Assembly: GCA_965247145.1 (NCBI GenBank)
Contig: CBDFGH010000001.1
Location: forward strand, 513,164-577,163
Direction: 5' to 3'
Source: Rickettsiales bacterium
Lineage (GTDB): Bacteria > Pseudomonadota > Alphaproteobacteria > Rickettsiales > JAIXRX01
Length of the DNA: 64,000 bases
In this document: piece by piece, positions 26,784 through 36,340 of the stretch
How positions within the stretch are numbered: the first letter of the stretch is position 1
Layout of the letters: every line of letters starts with the position of its first letter
The notes under the pieces: model-generated
Told to the model about the DNA's origin: nothing
Database searches by the model: none
The model's input: the letters and a program-made list of their open reading frames with translations, nothing else
Translations under genes and position numbers: made by a program

Positions 26784-28670
26784 TTACGAACTAATGGTGG
26801 AGCGCAGGCGCGCGAGACAGGAGCATAGGCCACCCAGGGCCATCAGCGCAACGGCCAGCCACAAACCCACCATGGCAGGCTCGTGCATGAGTTTAAGCTG
26901 CACGCCGCCATCGCGGAATTGCGCCACCGCATACCAGTCACCGTTCCATTGGTAGGCGATGGCCGCTTCGTTGGTCTGGTCGCCTTCGGTGCGGTAGCGC
27001 TGCTCTTCGGCGATGAGTGTGAAAGCGGCTTTGCCTTGCGGCACGATGCGCAGGGAAGCCAGGCGGGCATCGTAATCCACGCCGGGGCGGGAGCCCAGGC
27101 CCATCAGCGTCACGCTCGCCTCGCCCATCGTGGCGGGTTTGCCCAGTTCCAAAAACGCTGCATGCTCGCTTTTCAAGCCATGATTGAACGCCGCGCACAG
27201 CACGAACAGCCCCAAGCCCGCATGGGCCGTGCGCATGCCGATGCGGCGAAAGCTGCGCTTGCCGCCTGGGGTGGGCAACAGCGCTCCGATCAGCATCCAT
27301 CCCCCGAAACCCACGCCCGACCAGGCGGCGAAACTCAGCGGCGGCAATAGGAAGGCAAGCGCACCACCCATTCCGAGGCAAAGTAGGATTTGCAGCATCG
27401 CGGCCTTGCGCACGCGCCGCAGCGGCGTCGCGTCCCAACCCAGCCAAAGACTCGTGCCGCCCAAAGCCAGCAAAGCCGCCCCGAGCGGATAGAGCGTGGC
27501 CTCGAAATACGGCGCGCCGACACTGATCTGCGCGTCACTGAACAGCGGCAGCAAAGCGGGGTATAGCGTGCCGGTGAGCACCGTGCCGGCCATGACGATC
27601 AGCAGCAGATTATTGAGCAGCAACGCATGCGTACGGCCCAGCGCCAAAGGCAGGGGTTCCACATCTGGGCGGGTGAGGGCAAAGCGGCCATATTCCCACA
27701 AGGCGTAGCCCACCATTAGCGCCAGGAAACAGAGAATATAAGTACCGCGCGTGGGGTCGGAGGCGAAGGCGTGGACGGAGGTGAGAAGGCCGGAACGCAC
27801 CAGGAAGGTGCCCATCAGACTGCAACCGAAACCCAGCGTGGCAAGCAGCGCCACCCAGGCATGGAAGCGGTCGCGCCGCTCCAGCACCACCAGCGAATGC
27901 ATCAGCGCGGTGGCTACCAACCACGGCACGAAAGAAGCATTCTCCACCGGATCCCAGAACCACCAGCCGCCCCAGCCCAGCTCGCGATACGCCCACCAGC
28001 TGCCCAGGCCGATGCCCACCGTGAGCACTGCCCAGGGTACGATCAACCAGCGGCGCACGATGCGCGCCCAATCCGCCCCCATCGCATTGCCCCGCATGGC
28101 GGCGACCGCCAGCGAGAAAATCAGCGAAAGCCCGACATAGCCGAGATAGAGCATGGGCGGATGCAACGCGAGGCCCACATCCTGCAGCAGCGGATTCAAC
28201 CCGTCCCCCTCGCTTGGCGGCAGCGGCAGGCGGGCGAAGGGATTGGAGGTGAAGAGAATGAACAGCAGCGTGCCGAGCAGCAGCAGGGATTGCGTACGCA
28301 GCGCATCCGGCGTCAGCGCGTGTTTCGGGTGCCGCATGCCCCAGGCCGCGCCGTAGGCCACCAGCACCAGCGCCCACAGCAGCATCGAACCCTCATGCTG
28401 CGCCCAGGCCCCGGCGATTTTGAACAATAATGGCTTCTGACTGTGCGAATGCGCCGCGACCAAAGCGACCGTGAAATCCGAATCGACGAACAGCGCAATC
28501 AGTGTCGCCATCGCGCCCGCCACGGTGGCGAGTTGCAGGCCGCTGAGCACGGACCAGCCGTCTTCCGCCATTTCCGGCAGCAGCCGCACTTGCGCGCGAC
28601 GCGGCAAACCGCCGAAAGCCGCAAGAATCACAGCCAGCACCAGCAGCATCTGCCCGAATTCGGCCAGCAT
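26784..28670 (-). CDS. ccmF: cytochrome c heme lyase subunit CcmF
   Basis: 628 aa, polytopic. WGGWWFWDPVENASF (WWD-type motif). Conserved His-containing loops. Confidence 0.95.
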   Translation of the reverse strand: MLAEFGQMLLVLAVILAAFGGLPRRAQVRLLPEMAEDGWSVLSGLQLATVAGAMATLIALFVDSDFTVALVAAHSHSQKPLLFKIAGAWAQHEGSMLLWALVLVAYGAAWGMRHPKHALTPDALRTQSLLLLGTLLFILFTSNPFARLPLPPSEGDGLNPLLQDVGLALHPPMLYLGYVGLSLIFSLAVAAMRGNAMGADWARIVRRWLIVPWAVLTVGIGLGSWWAYRELGWGGWWFWDPVENASFVPWLVATALMHSLVVLERRDRFHAWVALLATLGFGCSLMGTFLVRSGLLTSVHAFASDPTRGTYILCFLALMVGYALWEYGRFALTRPDVEPLPLALGRTHALLLNNLLLIVMAGTVLTGTLYPALLPLFSDAQISVGAPYFEATLYPLGAALLALGGTSLWLGWDATPLRRVRKAAMLQILLCLGMGGALAFLLPPLSFAAWSGVGFGGWMLIGALLPTPGGKRSFRRIGMRTAHAGLGLFVLCAAFNHGLKSEHAAFLELGKPATMGEASVTLMGLGSRPGVDYDARLASLRIVPQGKAAFTLIAEEQRYRTEGDQTNEAAIAYQWNGDWYAVAQFRDGGVQLKLMHEPAMVGLWLAVALMALGGLCSCLARLRSTISS

Positions 28671-29128
28671 CAGTTCTGCTCGCTCTGGGTGCCGTAATCG
28701 GTTTTCCAGTGGCCCTGGCGTTTCAGCGCTTTGGCCACTTCCGGCGGCATGTAATTCTCGTCATGCTTGGCCAGCACGTTGCGCGCGGCAAACTCCCCGT
28801 TTTCCGCCAGCCTGCCTTCGGCGACGATGCCCTGGCCTTCGCGGAACAAAGCGGGCAGCGGCCCGGTGAAATGCACGCGCAGATCGGCGGTCTTGTCGGT
28901 CAATGTAAAGGAATGCGTGCCGTGATCTTCGCTACTCGAACCTTCCGCCACCAGCCCGCCCACGCGTATGTTCGCGCTGCGCGATGCTTCGGGCAGCGTG
29001 GCGATCTCCGCCGGGCTGTAGAAGAAGACGATGCGCGTGCTCAGCGCCTGCAGCACCAGCGCCACCGCCACGCCGAATACGGCGAGACTGACCAGGATAA
29101 AGACGAGACGCTGATGCTTGGGTTTCAT
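28670..29128 (-). CDS. ccmE: cytochrome c heme chaperone CcmE
   Basis: MKPKHQRLVFILVSL.. anchor, ..IRVGGLV.., ..FREGQGIVAEG.., and the heme-binding ..LAKHDENYMPPEV (HxxxY). Confidence 0.95.
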   Translation of the reverse strand: MKPKHQRLVFILVSLAVFGVAVALVLQALSTRIVFFYSPAEIATLPEASRSANIRVGGLVAEGSSSEDHGTHSFTLTDKTADLRVHFTGPLPALFREGQGIVAEGRLAENGEFAARNVLAKHDENYMPPEVAKALKRQGHWKTDYGTQSEQN

Positions 29129-29295
29129 GAAACACGCTCCAGCCGCGCCTGCGCTTTCGCCCGGCGGCGATACGCGCTGGCCACCAGCATCAGCATGACC
29201 AACGCCGCCAAAGCATAGGCCGCATAGACATACAGCGTAGCCTCCGCGGGCATCGCGGCGTCCGGCACGGGGATCGGGGGCAGGGTGGGTTCCAT
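29125..29295 (-). CDS. ccmD: heme exporter protein CcmD (small, below the ORF-track cutoff)
   Basis: Hand translation: MEPTLPPIPVPDAAMPAEATLYVYAAYALAALVMLMLVASAYRRRAKAQARLERVS*. One TM helix plus a basic tail, as in CcmD. The stop overlaps the ccmE start (ATGA). No ccmABC upstream. Confidence 0.5.
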   Translation of the reverse strand: MEPTLPPIPVPDAAMPAEATLYVYAAYALAALVMLMLVASAYRRRAKAQARLERVS

Positions 29296-29336
29296 GCAGG
29301 GCGTTCTAGCGGATTTGATACGCGTCGTCCAATACG

Positions 29337-29491
29337 CCTTCTCCCTCTGGGAGCGCTATTCTATACCTTCTCCCTCTGGGAGAAGGATCGAGTCGCTTGA
29401 CGACAAGACGAAGCGGAGGATGAGGGTCTCTCCGCGGAGTGATGAAGCCAGCCGATAGACCCTCACCCCACCCTCTCCCAAAGGGAGAGGG
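29337..29491. repeat. cluster of short palindromic repeats (CCTTCTCCCTCTGGGAG x2, GAGGGTCTC/GACCCTC, CCCTCTCCC-AAA-GGGAGAGGG)
   Basis: Direct repeat of CCTTCTCCCTCTGGGAG at 29337 and 29366; the second copy forms a hairpin with GAAGG. A further hairpin at 29471-29491. A variant of family 5, in the ccmD/htpG divergent region. Confidence 0.7.
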
Positions 29492-29566
29492 CTTTTTACG
29501 GAACGCTTGATTTCCATCCCCACCCGGCCCATATCCGCCCCATCCTAATTCATCCGGAGGCCCCCC

Positions 29567-31453
29567 ATGACCCAGAAAACCCATACCTTCAGCGCCGAAA
29601 CCGGCAAAGTACTGCAGCTGATGATCCATTCGCTCTACACGAACAAGGACATCTTCCTGCGCGAACTCATCTCCAACGCGTCCGACGCCTGCGATAAACT
29701 GCGCTACGAGGCCGTGACGCATCCCGAATTGCTGGAAGGCGAAAGCGCCTTCGAGATCCGCGTGACGATCGACGAGGAAGGCCGCAGGCTGACCATCGCC
29801 GATAACGGCATCGGCATGAACGAGGTGAATCTGATCTCCAACCTCGGTACCATCGCCAAATCCGGCACGCAGGAATTTCTGAACAATCTCGAAGGTGAGA
29901 AAGCGGCGGAGGTCGATCTCATCGGCCAGTTCGGCGTTGGTTTTTATTCCGCCTTCATGGTGGCGGACAAGGTGGAGGTCTTCACCCGCCGCGCGGGCGA
30001 TAAGCAAGGCTACCGCTGGGTTTCGGACGGGGCGGGGGAATATGCCATCGAATCGGCGGAAGATGTCGCGCGCGGCACCCGCATCGTGCTGCATATGCGG
30101 GAAGACGCGAAGGATTACCTCGACCCGCACAAGCTGCGCTACATCGTGCAGACCTATTCCGATCATATCGGCTTCCCCATTCTGCTGGGGCGCGCAAATG
30201 AAGAACCGCAGAAAGCCAATTCCGCCAGCGCGCTGTGGACCCGGCCCAAAAATGAAGTGAGCGAAGAGCAGCATCAGGAATTCTACCGCCAGGTGGCGCA
30301 TCTGCCCGACAAGCCCTGGATGGTGTTGCACAACAAAGCCGAGGGGAAACTGGAATATACCACGCTGCTCTACATCCCCGGCATGAAGCCCTTCGATCTC
30401 TTCCACCCGGACCGCCAGCGCCGCGTGAAGCTGTATGTGAAGCGCGTCTTCATCACCGAAGAAGGCATCGAACTGGTGCCGCATTACATGCGCTTCCTGC
30501 GCGGGCTGGTGGACAGCCAGGATCTGCCGCTCAATATCAGCCGCGAGACCTTGCAGCACAACCCGCTGCTGGCGCGCATGAGCGAGGCGCTGGTGAAGCG
30601 CACGCTCACCGAACTGAAAAAACGCGCGGATGCGGATATGTCGGATTACGCGATCTTCTGGAAAAACTTCGGCGCGGTGCTGAAAGAAGGATTGTGCGAG
30701 GCCATCGCCCCCAAAGAACAGATTCTGGAAGCCTGCTGCTTCCACAGCACGGCCCACCAAACGGACGAGGCAGACCTCACACGCCTGGACACCTACATCG
30801 AGTGCATGAAGGAAGGGCAGGACACGATCTACTTCCTCACCGCCGATTCCCTGGATGCCGCCCGCGCCAACCCGCAGCTCGAAGGCTTCCGCAAACGCGG
30901 CCTGGAAGTGCTGCTGCTGACCGATCATGTGGATGATTTCTGGGTGAATGTGGTGAGTGAATACAAAGGCAAGAAACTCAAATCCGTCACCCGCGTGGGG
31001 AATGATTTGGACGCTTTCACCGCCGAAGAAAGCGAAGAGAAGAAAGAGCAGATTGACGCCTTGCCCGAAGCGCAGATTCAATCCCTCATCGCCGCGCTGA
31101 AAGCGACCTACGGCGAAGAAGTCCTGGATGTGCGCGCCACCACGAAACTGGACGAAAGCCCGGTATGCCTGGCGGTGGAAGAGGGCGCAATGGATATCCG
31201 TCTGGAGCAGTTCATGCGTGCCCAAAAGCAATATCCCGGCCGTACCTCGAAGATTCTGGAGATCAATATCACCCACCCGATCATCCGCGCGCTGGCCGGA
31301 AAGGTGCAGGACGAAATCCTGCCGGAAGATGCCGCCGAAGCGGCATGGCTGCTGCTCGATCAGGCGCGTCTGGTGGAAGGCGAAGAGATCAGCAATCCGG
31401 GCGCATTTTCTCGTCGCATCAGCCAGTTTCTGGCGAAGGGGCTGGCTGCTTAA
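29567..31453 (+). CDS. htpG: molecular chaperone HtpG (Hsp90)
   Basis: 628 aa. Motifs: FSAETGKVLQLMIHSLYTNKDIFLRELISNASDA, GQFGVGFYSAFMVA, and the GHKL ATPase N-domain. Confidence 0.95.
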   Translation: MTQKTHTFSAETGKVLQLMIHSLYTNKDIFLRELISNASDACDKLRYEAVTHPELLEGESAFEIRVTIDEEGRRLTIADNGIGMNEVNLISNLGTIAKSGTQEFLNNLEGEKAAEVDLIGQFGVGFYSAFMVADKVEVFTRRAGDKQGYRWVSDGAGEYAIESAEDVARGTRIVLHMREDAKDYLDPHKLRYIVQTYSDHIGFPILLGRANEEPQKANSASALWTRPKNEVSEEQHQEFYRQVAHLPDKPWMVLHNKAEGKLEYTTLLYIPGMKPFDLFHPDRQRRVKLYVKRVFITEEGIELVPHYMRFLRGLVDSQDLPLNISRETLQHNPLLARMSEALVKRTLTELKKRADADMSDYAIFWKNFGAVLKEGLCEAIAPKEQILEACCFHSTAHQTDEADLTRLDTYIECMKEGQDTIYFLTADSLDAARANPQLEGFRKRGLEVLLLTDHVDDFWVNVVSEYKGKKLKSVTRVGNDLDAFTAEESEEKKEQIDALPEAQIQSLIAALKATYGEEVLDVRATTKLDESPVCLAVEEGAMDIRLEQFMRAQKQYPGRTSKILEINITHPIIRALAGKVQDEILPEDAAEAAWLLLDQARLVEGEEISNPGAFSRRISQFLAKGLAA

Positions 31454-31456
31454 TCG

Positions 31457-31631
31457 CCTCTCCCGCCAGCGGGGGAGGCCGGTTTCCTTAGCGAGCAACG
31501 CGAGCTTAGGTAACCGGGTGGGGGTTGCCTTCGCGAATGCTGTCGAACAAGTGGATGGCACCCCCACCCGATTTGCTAAGCGCACTGCGTTCGCTAACCA
31601 AATCCATCCCTCCCCCGCTAGCGGGGGAGGG
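31457..31631. repeat. composite palindromic repeat family 5, long copy
   Basis: Hairpins CCTCTCCCGC-CA-GCGGGGGAGG (31457-31478) and CCCTCCCCCGC-TA-GCGGGGGAGGG (31608-31631) bracket GGTGGGGGTT / CACCCCCACC. Starts 4 nt after the htpG stop. Confidence 0.8.
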
Positions 31632-31743
31632 AAAATGCGGCACCATCGGCATAAAAAAAATTCTTCCGTAATCCTGATTGCACCGCACCCGAAAAACGAT
31701 TAGCCTTTCTTCCAACGAGTAGAAAAAATCCCGGGAGAACGAC

Positions 31744-32781
31744 ATGCGCAAGTTGCGGATTCAGAACGCCTTCTCCCGCCATACCCGCACCGAACGGCAG
31801 CTGGCGAAAGCGCGCCCCGGCGCGGCGGAAAGCCAGCTGGAAGCGCTCCAGCGCGAACTAGCGCTGCTCACTTCCTACACGACCGACACGGTTTATCGTC
31901 TGCGCTACGCGACGATGCGGTACGACTATCTCAGCCCCTCGGTCGCGCGCCTGCTCGGCTACAGCGCCGAAGAACTTTCCGGCATGAATATCCGCGACCT
32001 CATCGAAGAAACGCGCATGGTGCCGAACGCGATGCAGCGCGTGCTGGAATTCGCGCCCTTCGAAGAAGCGCGCAAGACGGGCCAAGTGCAGCAATGGGCG
32101 GCGGATTACCGCATGCGCACGAAAACCGGCGAATGCATCTGGGTCTCGGACATGTCCTATCCCTGGCAGGACGAAACGGGCGCGATCATCGGCAGCGTGG
32201 GCTGCCTGCGCGACATTACCCAGCGCGTGATCGCCGAACAGCAGTTCCAGGAAGAAATGCTGCGCATGGCCAACATGGATTGGCTGACCGGCGTCTATCA
32301 CCGCCGCTTTTTCTTCGAACGCCTGGAGGAGGAAGTGCGCCGCTTGAAGCGCAGCCGCGCCGATTTCTCTCTCGCCATCATCGACATCGATCACTTCAAA
32401 CAGATCAACGACCGCCACGGCCATGCGACGGGAGACGCCGTGCTGCAGCAGGTGGCCCTGCGCGTGCGCGCGTGCCTGCGCGAGACGGACATTTTGGCCC
32501 GCGTGGGCGGCGAGGAATTCGGCATCCTGCTTCCCGAAACCTCGCTGGAAGGCGCTTTCTGGGTGGCGGAGCGCATTCGCGAAGCCATCGGCGGCGACGC
32601 TTTCCATGTGGATGGGGTGGCGGATCTCCGCGTCACCGCTTCCATCGGCCTGGCGGAAGCGGATTTCGACGAACCCGCCAGCAGCGCCGCGCTCTACCGC
32701 ATGGCCGACACCCGCCTCTACATCGCCAAACATACGGGTCGCAACCAAGTCTCGATGGATGAGTTACTGAACCTGCACTAG
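31744..32781 (+). CDS. PAS domain-containing diguanylate cyclase (GGDEF)
   Basis: The PAS-like region (..DTVYRLRYATMRYDYLSPSVARLLGYSAEEL..) is followed by ..DIDHFKQINDRHGHATGD.. and the active site RVGGEEFGILLP. Confidence 0.85.
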   Translation: MRKLRIQNAFSRHTRTERQLAKARPGAAESQLEALQRELALLTSYTTDTVYRLRYATMRYDYLSPSVARLLGYSAEELSGMNIRDLIEETRMVPNAMQRVLEFAPFEEARKTGQVQQWAADYRMRTKTGECIWVSDMSYPWQDETGAIIGSVGCLRDITQRVIAEQQFQEEMLRMANMDWLTGVYHRRFFFERLEEEVRRLKRSRADFSLAIIDIDHFKQINDRHGHATGDAVLQQVALRVRACLRETDILARVGGEEFGILLPETSLEGAFWVAERIREAIGGDAFHVDGVADLRVTASIGLAEADFDEPASSAALYRMADTRLYIAKHTGRNQVSMDELLNLH

Positions 32782-32795
32782 AGTTCATCGAGGGG

Positions 32796-33629
32796 TCAGG
32801 CAGGCGCCTTCTGCGGCGCGCGCTTGCTTTGCATCAGCAAGGGAATGGCAATCACCGCCAACACCAAACCGTAAGCCGCCAATTGCATGCCGTTTGGATT
32901 GTCGTCGTAACCGATCAGCACGCTCAGCATCTGCCCCGGTAAGCTGTTTTTGGGCAGCATGCTGTGGGTGTTCCAGATGCCGCTGCCCCATTCCGGCAAC
33001 ACATCCGCCGCCACCAGGAAAGAAACGCCCTTTGCCGCCAAACCAGCCGCCACGAAGGCGAGCAGCCAGCTGGTGGTGGTGAAGATATGTTTGGTGCCCA
33101 GTTTGATTAGACCCAGATAGATCAGCAATCCCACCGCCGCGCCGCATGCGAAACCGATGACCGCGCCGGTCAGAAATGCGGCAACCGAAGCGCCGCTGGC
33201 GAGCAATCCGTAGGAGAACAACACGATCTCCGACCCCTCGCGGAACACGGCCAGGGCGATGACCAGCACCAGCATGCGCGCCGGCGTTTCGCCGCGCACC
33301 ACTTCGCCGCCCAAACTGCGCATGCGCGCCGACATTTCGCGGCCATGGGTGCGCATCCAGACCACCGTCCACCCGATCATCGCGGCGGCGAGCAGCAGAA
33401 TCGTCGCATTCAGAATTTCCTGCCCGTTATCCGCGAAAGCGGCGGCGATGCTTTCGGTGAACAGCGCGATGATGCCCGCACCAAGCAGCCCCAGAAGAAT
33501 CGCCCCGCCCACCCACAGCCCGCGCTTGGGCAAGCCACGCGTGGCGGCGAGAATCACGCAGAGGATGATGGCAATTTCCAGCACTTCGCGGAAAAGCACG
33601 AGTGCGGTGGGCAGGGCTTCGGAAAACAT
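32796..33629 (-). CDS. FTR1-family high-affinity iron permease
   Basis: 277 aa with 7 TM helices. Two REXXE motifs (LFREVLEIA, VFREGSEIV). Confidence 0.8.
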   Translation of the reverse strand: MFSEALPTALVLFREVLEIAIILCVILAATRGLPKRGLWVGGAILLGLLGAGIIALFTESIAAAFADNGQEILNATILLLAAAMIGWTVVWMRTHGREMSARMRSLGGEVVRGETPARMLVLVIALAVFREGSEIVLFSYGLLASGASVAAFLTGAVIGFACGAAVGLLIYLGLIKLGTKHIFTTTSWLLAFVAAGLAAKGVSFLVAADVLPEWGSGIWNTHSMLPKNSLPGQMLSVLIGYDDNPNGMQLAAYGLVLAVIAIPLLMQSKRAPQKAPA

Positions 33630-33656
33630 AGGCGGACCGTGATGGAAGGCGGGAGG

Positions 33657-34001
33657 TTATTGGGCGACGATGGTGCCTTGGGCGGTCTTCTGATTGAACT
33701 CGCCGAAGAAGAGGTATGTGCCGGGCTTGAGCGCGCCGACATTCACCGTGCCGCTCGCGCCACCGGGAATGATCTTCTCGCGCTTCAGCTCCGCGCTTTC
33801 GAATTCCTCTGGCGTACGGTCTTTGTTCTGAATCTTGATGCTGAACGGCGTGTTGGCCGGAATGCTCAGCGTGGCGGGGGCAAAAGCATGATTTTCAATG
33901 ATTAGATCGAATACCGGCTTATCCGACGCAGAAACGGCGGAAGCAAAGGAAACCAGAAAGCCCAAGGTAAAACAGGGAAGTAGTCTTTTCAGCGAAACCA
34001 T
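33657..34001 (-). CDS. periplasmic cupredoxin-like protein (FtrB/EfeO-cupredoxin-like partner of FTR1)
   Basis: Signal peptide ..SFASAVSA|SD. A small beta-sandwich sequence ending ..KPGTYLFFGEFNQKTAQGTIV... Immediately upstream of the FTR1 permease. Confidence 0.6.
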   Translation of the reverse strand: MVSLKRLLPCFTLGFLVSFASAVSASDKPVFDLIIENHAFAPATLSIPANTPFSIKIQNKDRTPEEFESAELKREKIIPGGASGTVNVGALKPGTYLFFGEFNQKTAQGTIVAQ

Positions 34002-34154
34002 ATTAAAGCCTAAGAGTAAGAATCATTTGCAACAAATATAAGCCCCGTTTTTTGCTTCGTCAACGCACAAACAGGCGCGGGCTTCATCAAACTGTAATAG
34101 TCTGCTGATAGCTTGAAACCTAGCTTCCAACACGCATGAAGGCCTCCCCACCCA

Positions 34155-35567
34155 GTGAGCACGGCACCGACCACCCATGCCCCCGCCACTCCGCCCGCTT
34201 CGCCCCCCGAAGCGGAGATGCGCCCGCGCACGGCGAACATTGATAAGGACCTACTCAAATCCGTTCAATCTACCGCCCAGCAAAGCGCTGCGGATGGAGG
34301 GAGACTGCCCGCAAAAGACGACCAGCCACTGGTGTTCAAATATAGCGAGAGCAAGGCAACGGGGGTGTGGCTGAACAAAACACGTATGCTCGGCTTTTCG
34401 CGTTTGGGCGCAACAGTCGCAAATTACATGGGTGGTCAGAAGATGCATAGCCCGTGGAGAAAAGCTTCTGCCATCATGGGTTTGATCTCAAATATTTCGT
34501 ACTTTATTTGGGGGCAAAGCAATGAAGGGCGCGTGCGCGAGTTGGAAATTGCTCATGGGGCATGGACACATCAAGGTGATCGCGTCGTTCAAGAAATGGA
34601 AGGCAAACTTTCCGATGCAGGTAAATTGCAATTGGAATCAATTTTCACTGCGGCTGAGCTTTCTGGCGGCGCTGTAAAGATCGATTTCGACAGCTCAAGC
34701 AAAAAGACCTTGCTGAGCGTGAAACAAGAGCATTTTGGTAGGTTGCAAGAATCCATGCATGCACTTGTGAACAATCGCGTTGAGGCCATTGAGCGCATCC
34801 AAGACGAAACATCCCTTCTAAGGGATGAATCTGGGAAAAACATACAAGCGATCAGCTTGGATCATCTTCCAGAGCCCACAATAAACGCTATGAAGCGGAT
34901 CATTGAGACAGAATGGAACATTCCAGTCTCAATTGCCAATCAAGCTAATGGGCGTTGGATGCAGATTCCCGCTGCACATCAAGATCAATTCATTGATCGT
35001 CGTACGCCTGCCTTGGGTCGTTTGGCTAATCATATTGGGGTCAGAGCTTTACAGGAGCAGCCAGGAAATTTCTGGGAGTCTCTTATCAATCCTGGTAAGT
35101 TTCCAATACAGTTTGGCACAAACGTCGGTGGTATTCTTTCCAACGTCTTTCGCATCGTTGCGACAGCATCGGAGGCCGGAGAATTATTGAAGGACAAAAA
35201 AACTGGCGGCGTAAAGATGAGCGTGCCGCAGACCAAAGATATGTTTGGAACTGTACTAAGCCAACTTGCCTACATCATTGAAAGTCAGCGTGAATTAAAT
35301 ACGACAGTGGCTGCACCACATGTCATTCAGGGCTTGGATTCTAAAGACAAAGATGGCTTTGCTGGTTCACTAAAACGAGCAGCTGACAACCCTATGGTTT
35401 CATCCATGCCATTTAAGTTTGCTACGCTTTATATGCGTACGACGTATGTTCAGGATCTGTATAAAAATAAAGCCGAAGGTGCGAAAGAGATGATGGTTGC
35501 AACCTTCTTCGATTATTTGACCACAGCTATTTCTGCTTTTACGAGAAAAACCGATTATGGACGTTGA
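34155..35567 (+). CDS. hypothetical 470-aa protein (orphan, low-GC islet)
   Basis: Long uninterrupted ORF across a visibly AT-richer stretch. Pro/Ala/Thr-rich N-terminus, then a mostly helical-looking sequence. The start is uncertain (GTG 34155 or ATG 34218). No family recognised. Confidence 0.55.
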   Translation: MSTAPTTHAPATPPASPPEAEMRPRTANIDKDLLKSVQSTAQQSAADGGRLPAKDDQPLVFKYSESKATGVWLNKTRMLGFSRLGATVANYMGGQKMHSPWRKASAIMGLISNISYFIWGQSNEGRVRELEIAHGAWTHQGDRVVQEMEGKLSDAGKLQLESIFTAAELSGGAVKIDFDSSSKKTLLSVKQEHFGRLQESMHALVNNRVEAIERIQDETSLLRDESGKNIQAISLDHLPEPTINAMKRIIETEWNIPVSIANQANGRWMQIPAAHQDQFIDRRTPALGRLANHIGVRALQEQPGNFWESLINPGKFPIQFGTNVGGILSNVFRIVATASEAGELLKDKKTGGVKMSVPQTKDMFGTVLSQLAYIIESQRELNTTVAAPHVIQGLDSKDKDGFAGSLKRAADNPMVSSMPFKFATLYMRTTYVQDLYKNKAEGAKEMMVATFFDYLTTAISAFTRKTDYGR

Positions 35568-35874
35568 CCTAATAACAAAAATTTCCGACGAGGATTTGAT
35601 GCGCTCGTTAGACGTTATTGTTTTAGTTCGTGGTTTGGGTGAAGGTAGCTCTCCAATTTGGGCTTATGCTCTAATCCCTAGCGTGCGATATACGGCATTT
35701 AAAGTAGCTGAAAATAAAGGTTCCTATGATTTAAAATCATATGGGCAAGTGGTCGCTAGCGGTGAAGGTTTGAACCCCCCTTCTTCCGTTTCGGACGCGA
35801 TTCAAAAAGAGTATGGATCATCACTAAAGTTTGAATCCAATTTTCAAAAAGCGATGATTGATTATTTAACCTAA
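35557..35874 (+). CDS. hypothetical 105-aa protein, translationally coupled to the 470-aa ORF
   Basis: The ATG overlaps the last 11 nt of the upstream ORF. Acidic, no TM. A strong terminator follows. Confidence 0.5.
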   Translation: MDVDLITKISDEDLMRSLDVIVLVRGLGEGSSPIWAYALIPSVRYTAFKVAENKGSYDLKSYGQVVASGEGLNPPSSVSDAIQKEYGSSLKFESNFQKAMIDYLT

Positions 35875-35912
35875 AAAAAGGGGAAACTCGTAGCGAGTTT
35901 CCCGCAGTTTTT
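35873..35912. terminator. bidirectional Rho-independent terminator
   Basis: GGGAAACTCG (35881-35890) pairs with CGAGTTTCCC (35894-35903). Flanked by an A-rich run (35873-35879) and T5 (35908-35912). Lies between convergent ORFs. Confidence 0.7.
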
Positions 35913-35945
35913 GACGGATAATCATTAGAAAGCAATTTAGAGAGT

Positions 35946-36179
35946 CTATTTCTTTTTAAACAAATTAGGAAATATAAGCTCTTGGATTCCTTTCAGTACA
36001 AATCCTATTCCCACTATTACTGAACCTGCAATAATGAGCGGACTAGCGGCTGCTGTAGCGGCTGCACCTCCAAGTACAATTAGTGCAGTTCCCGCAACAG
36101 TCTTGGTCGCTTCTGGGCTGTAGACAATCGTATTATTCGATTTGCCTTTTTCTTTGTCTTGTTCCTCGGTTGGTTCCAT
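35946..36179 (-). CDS. hypothetical small membrane protein (77 aa, glycine/alanine-zipper helices)
   Basis: Acidic-lysine N-terminus, then TVAGTALIVLGGAAATAAASPLIIAGSVIVGIGFVLKGI. Low-GC islet, convergent with the two ORFs above. Confidence 0.45.
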   Translation of the reverse strand: MEPTEEQDKEKGKSNNTIVYSPEATKTVAGTALIVLGGAAATAAASPLIIAGSVIVGIGFVLKGIQELIFPNLFKKK

Positions 36180-36340
36180 GGAAATTATGGTTTAAATTTG
36201 ACGGTTGTAACTAAATTAAATCGTGCTGTGATTAGCACTCATTTGTGACAGCATCGTGACGATGGAATGAGAAAAAATTCGGATATGGTTTTTGTGACGC
36301 GACGAAGATGAAAATATTTTCATTTCTTGGGCGTGTCGCA

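Noticed and set aside
34002-34160. An att-type direct repeat of the tRNA-Pro 3' end, or an integrase, marking the low-GC islet as a classical genomic island.
   Set aside because: No segment resembling the tRNA 3' end was seen at the far border, and no integrase or recombinase ORF lies anywhere in 34000-36400.
34010-34258. 82-aa minus-strand ORF spanning the divergent region between the cupredoxin gene and the 470-aa ORF.
   Set aside because: It overlaps the 5' end of the 470-aa ORF and the promoter region, has odd composition, and has no ribosome-binding site.
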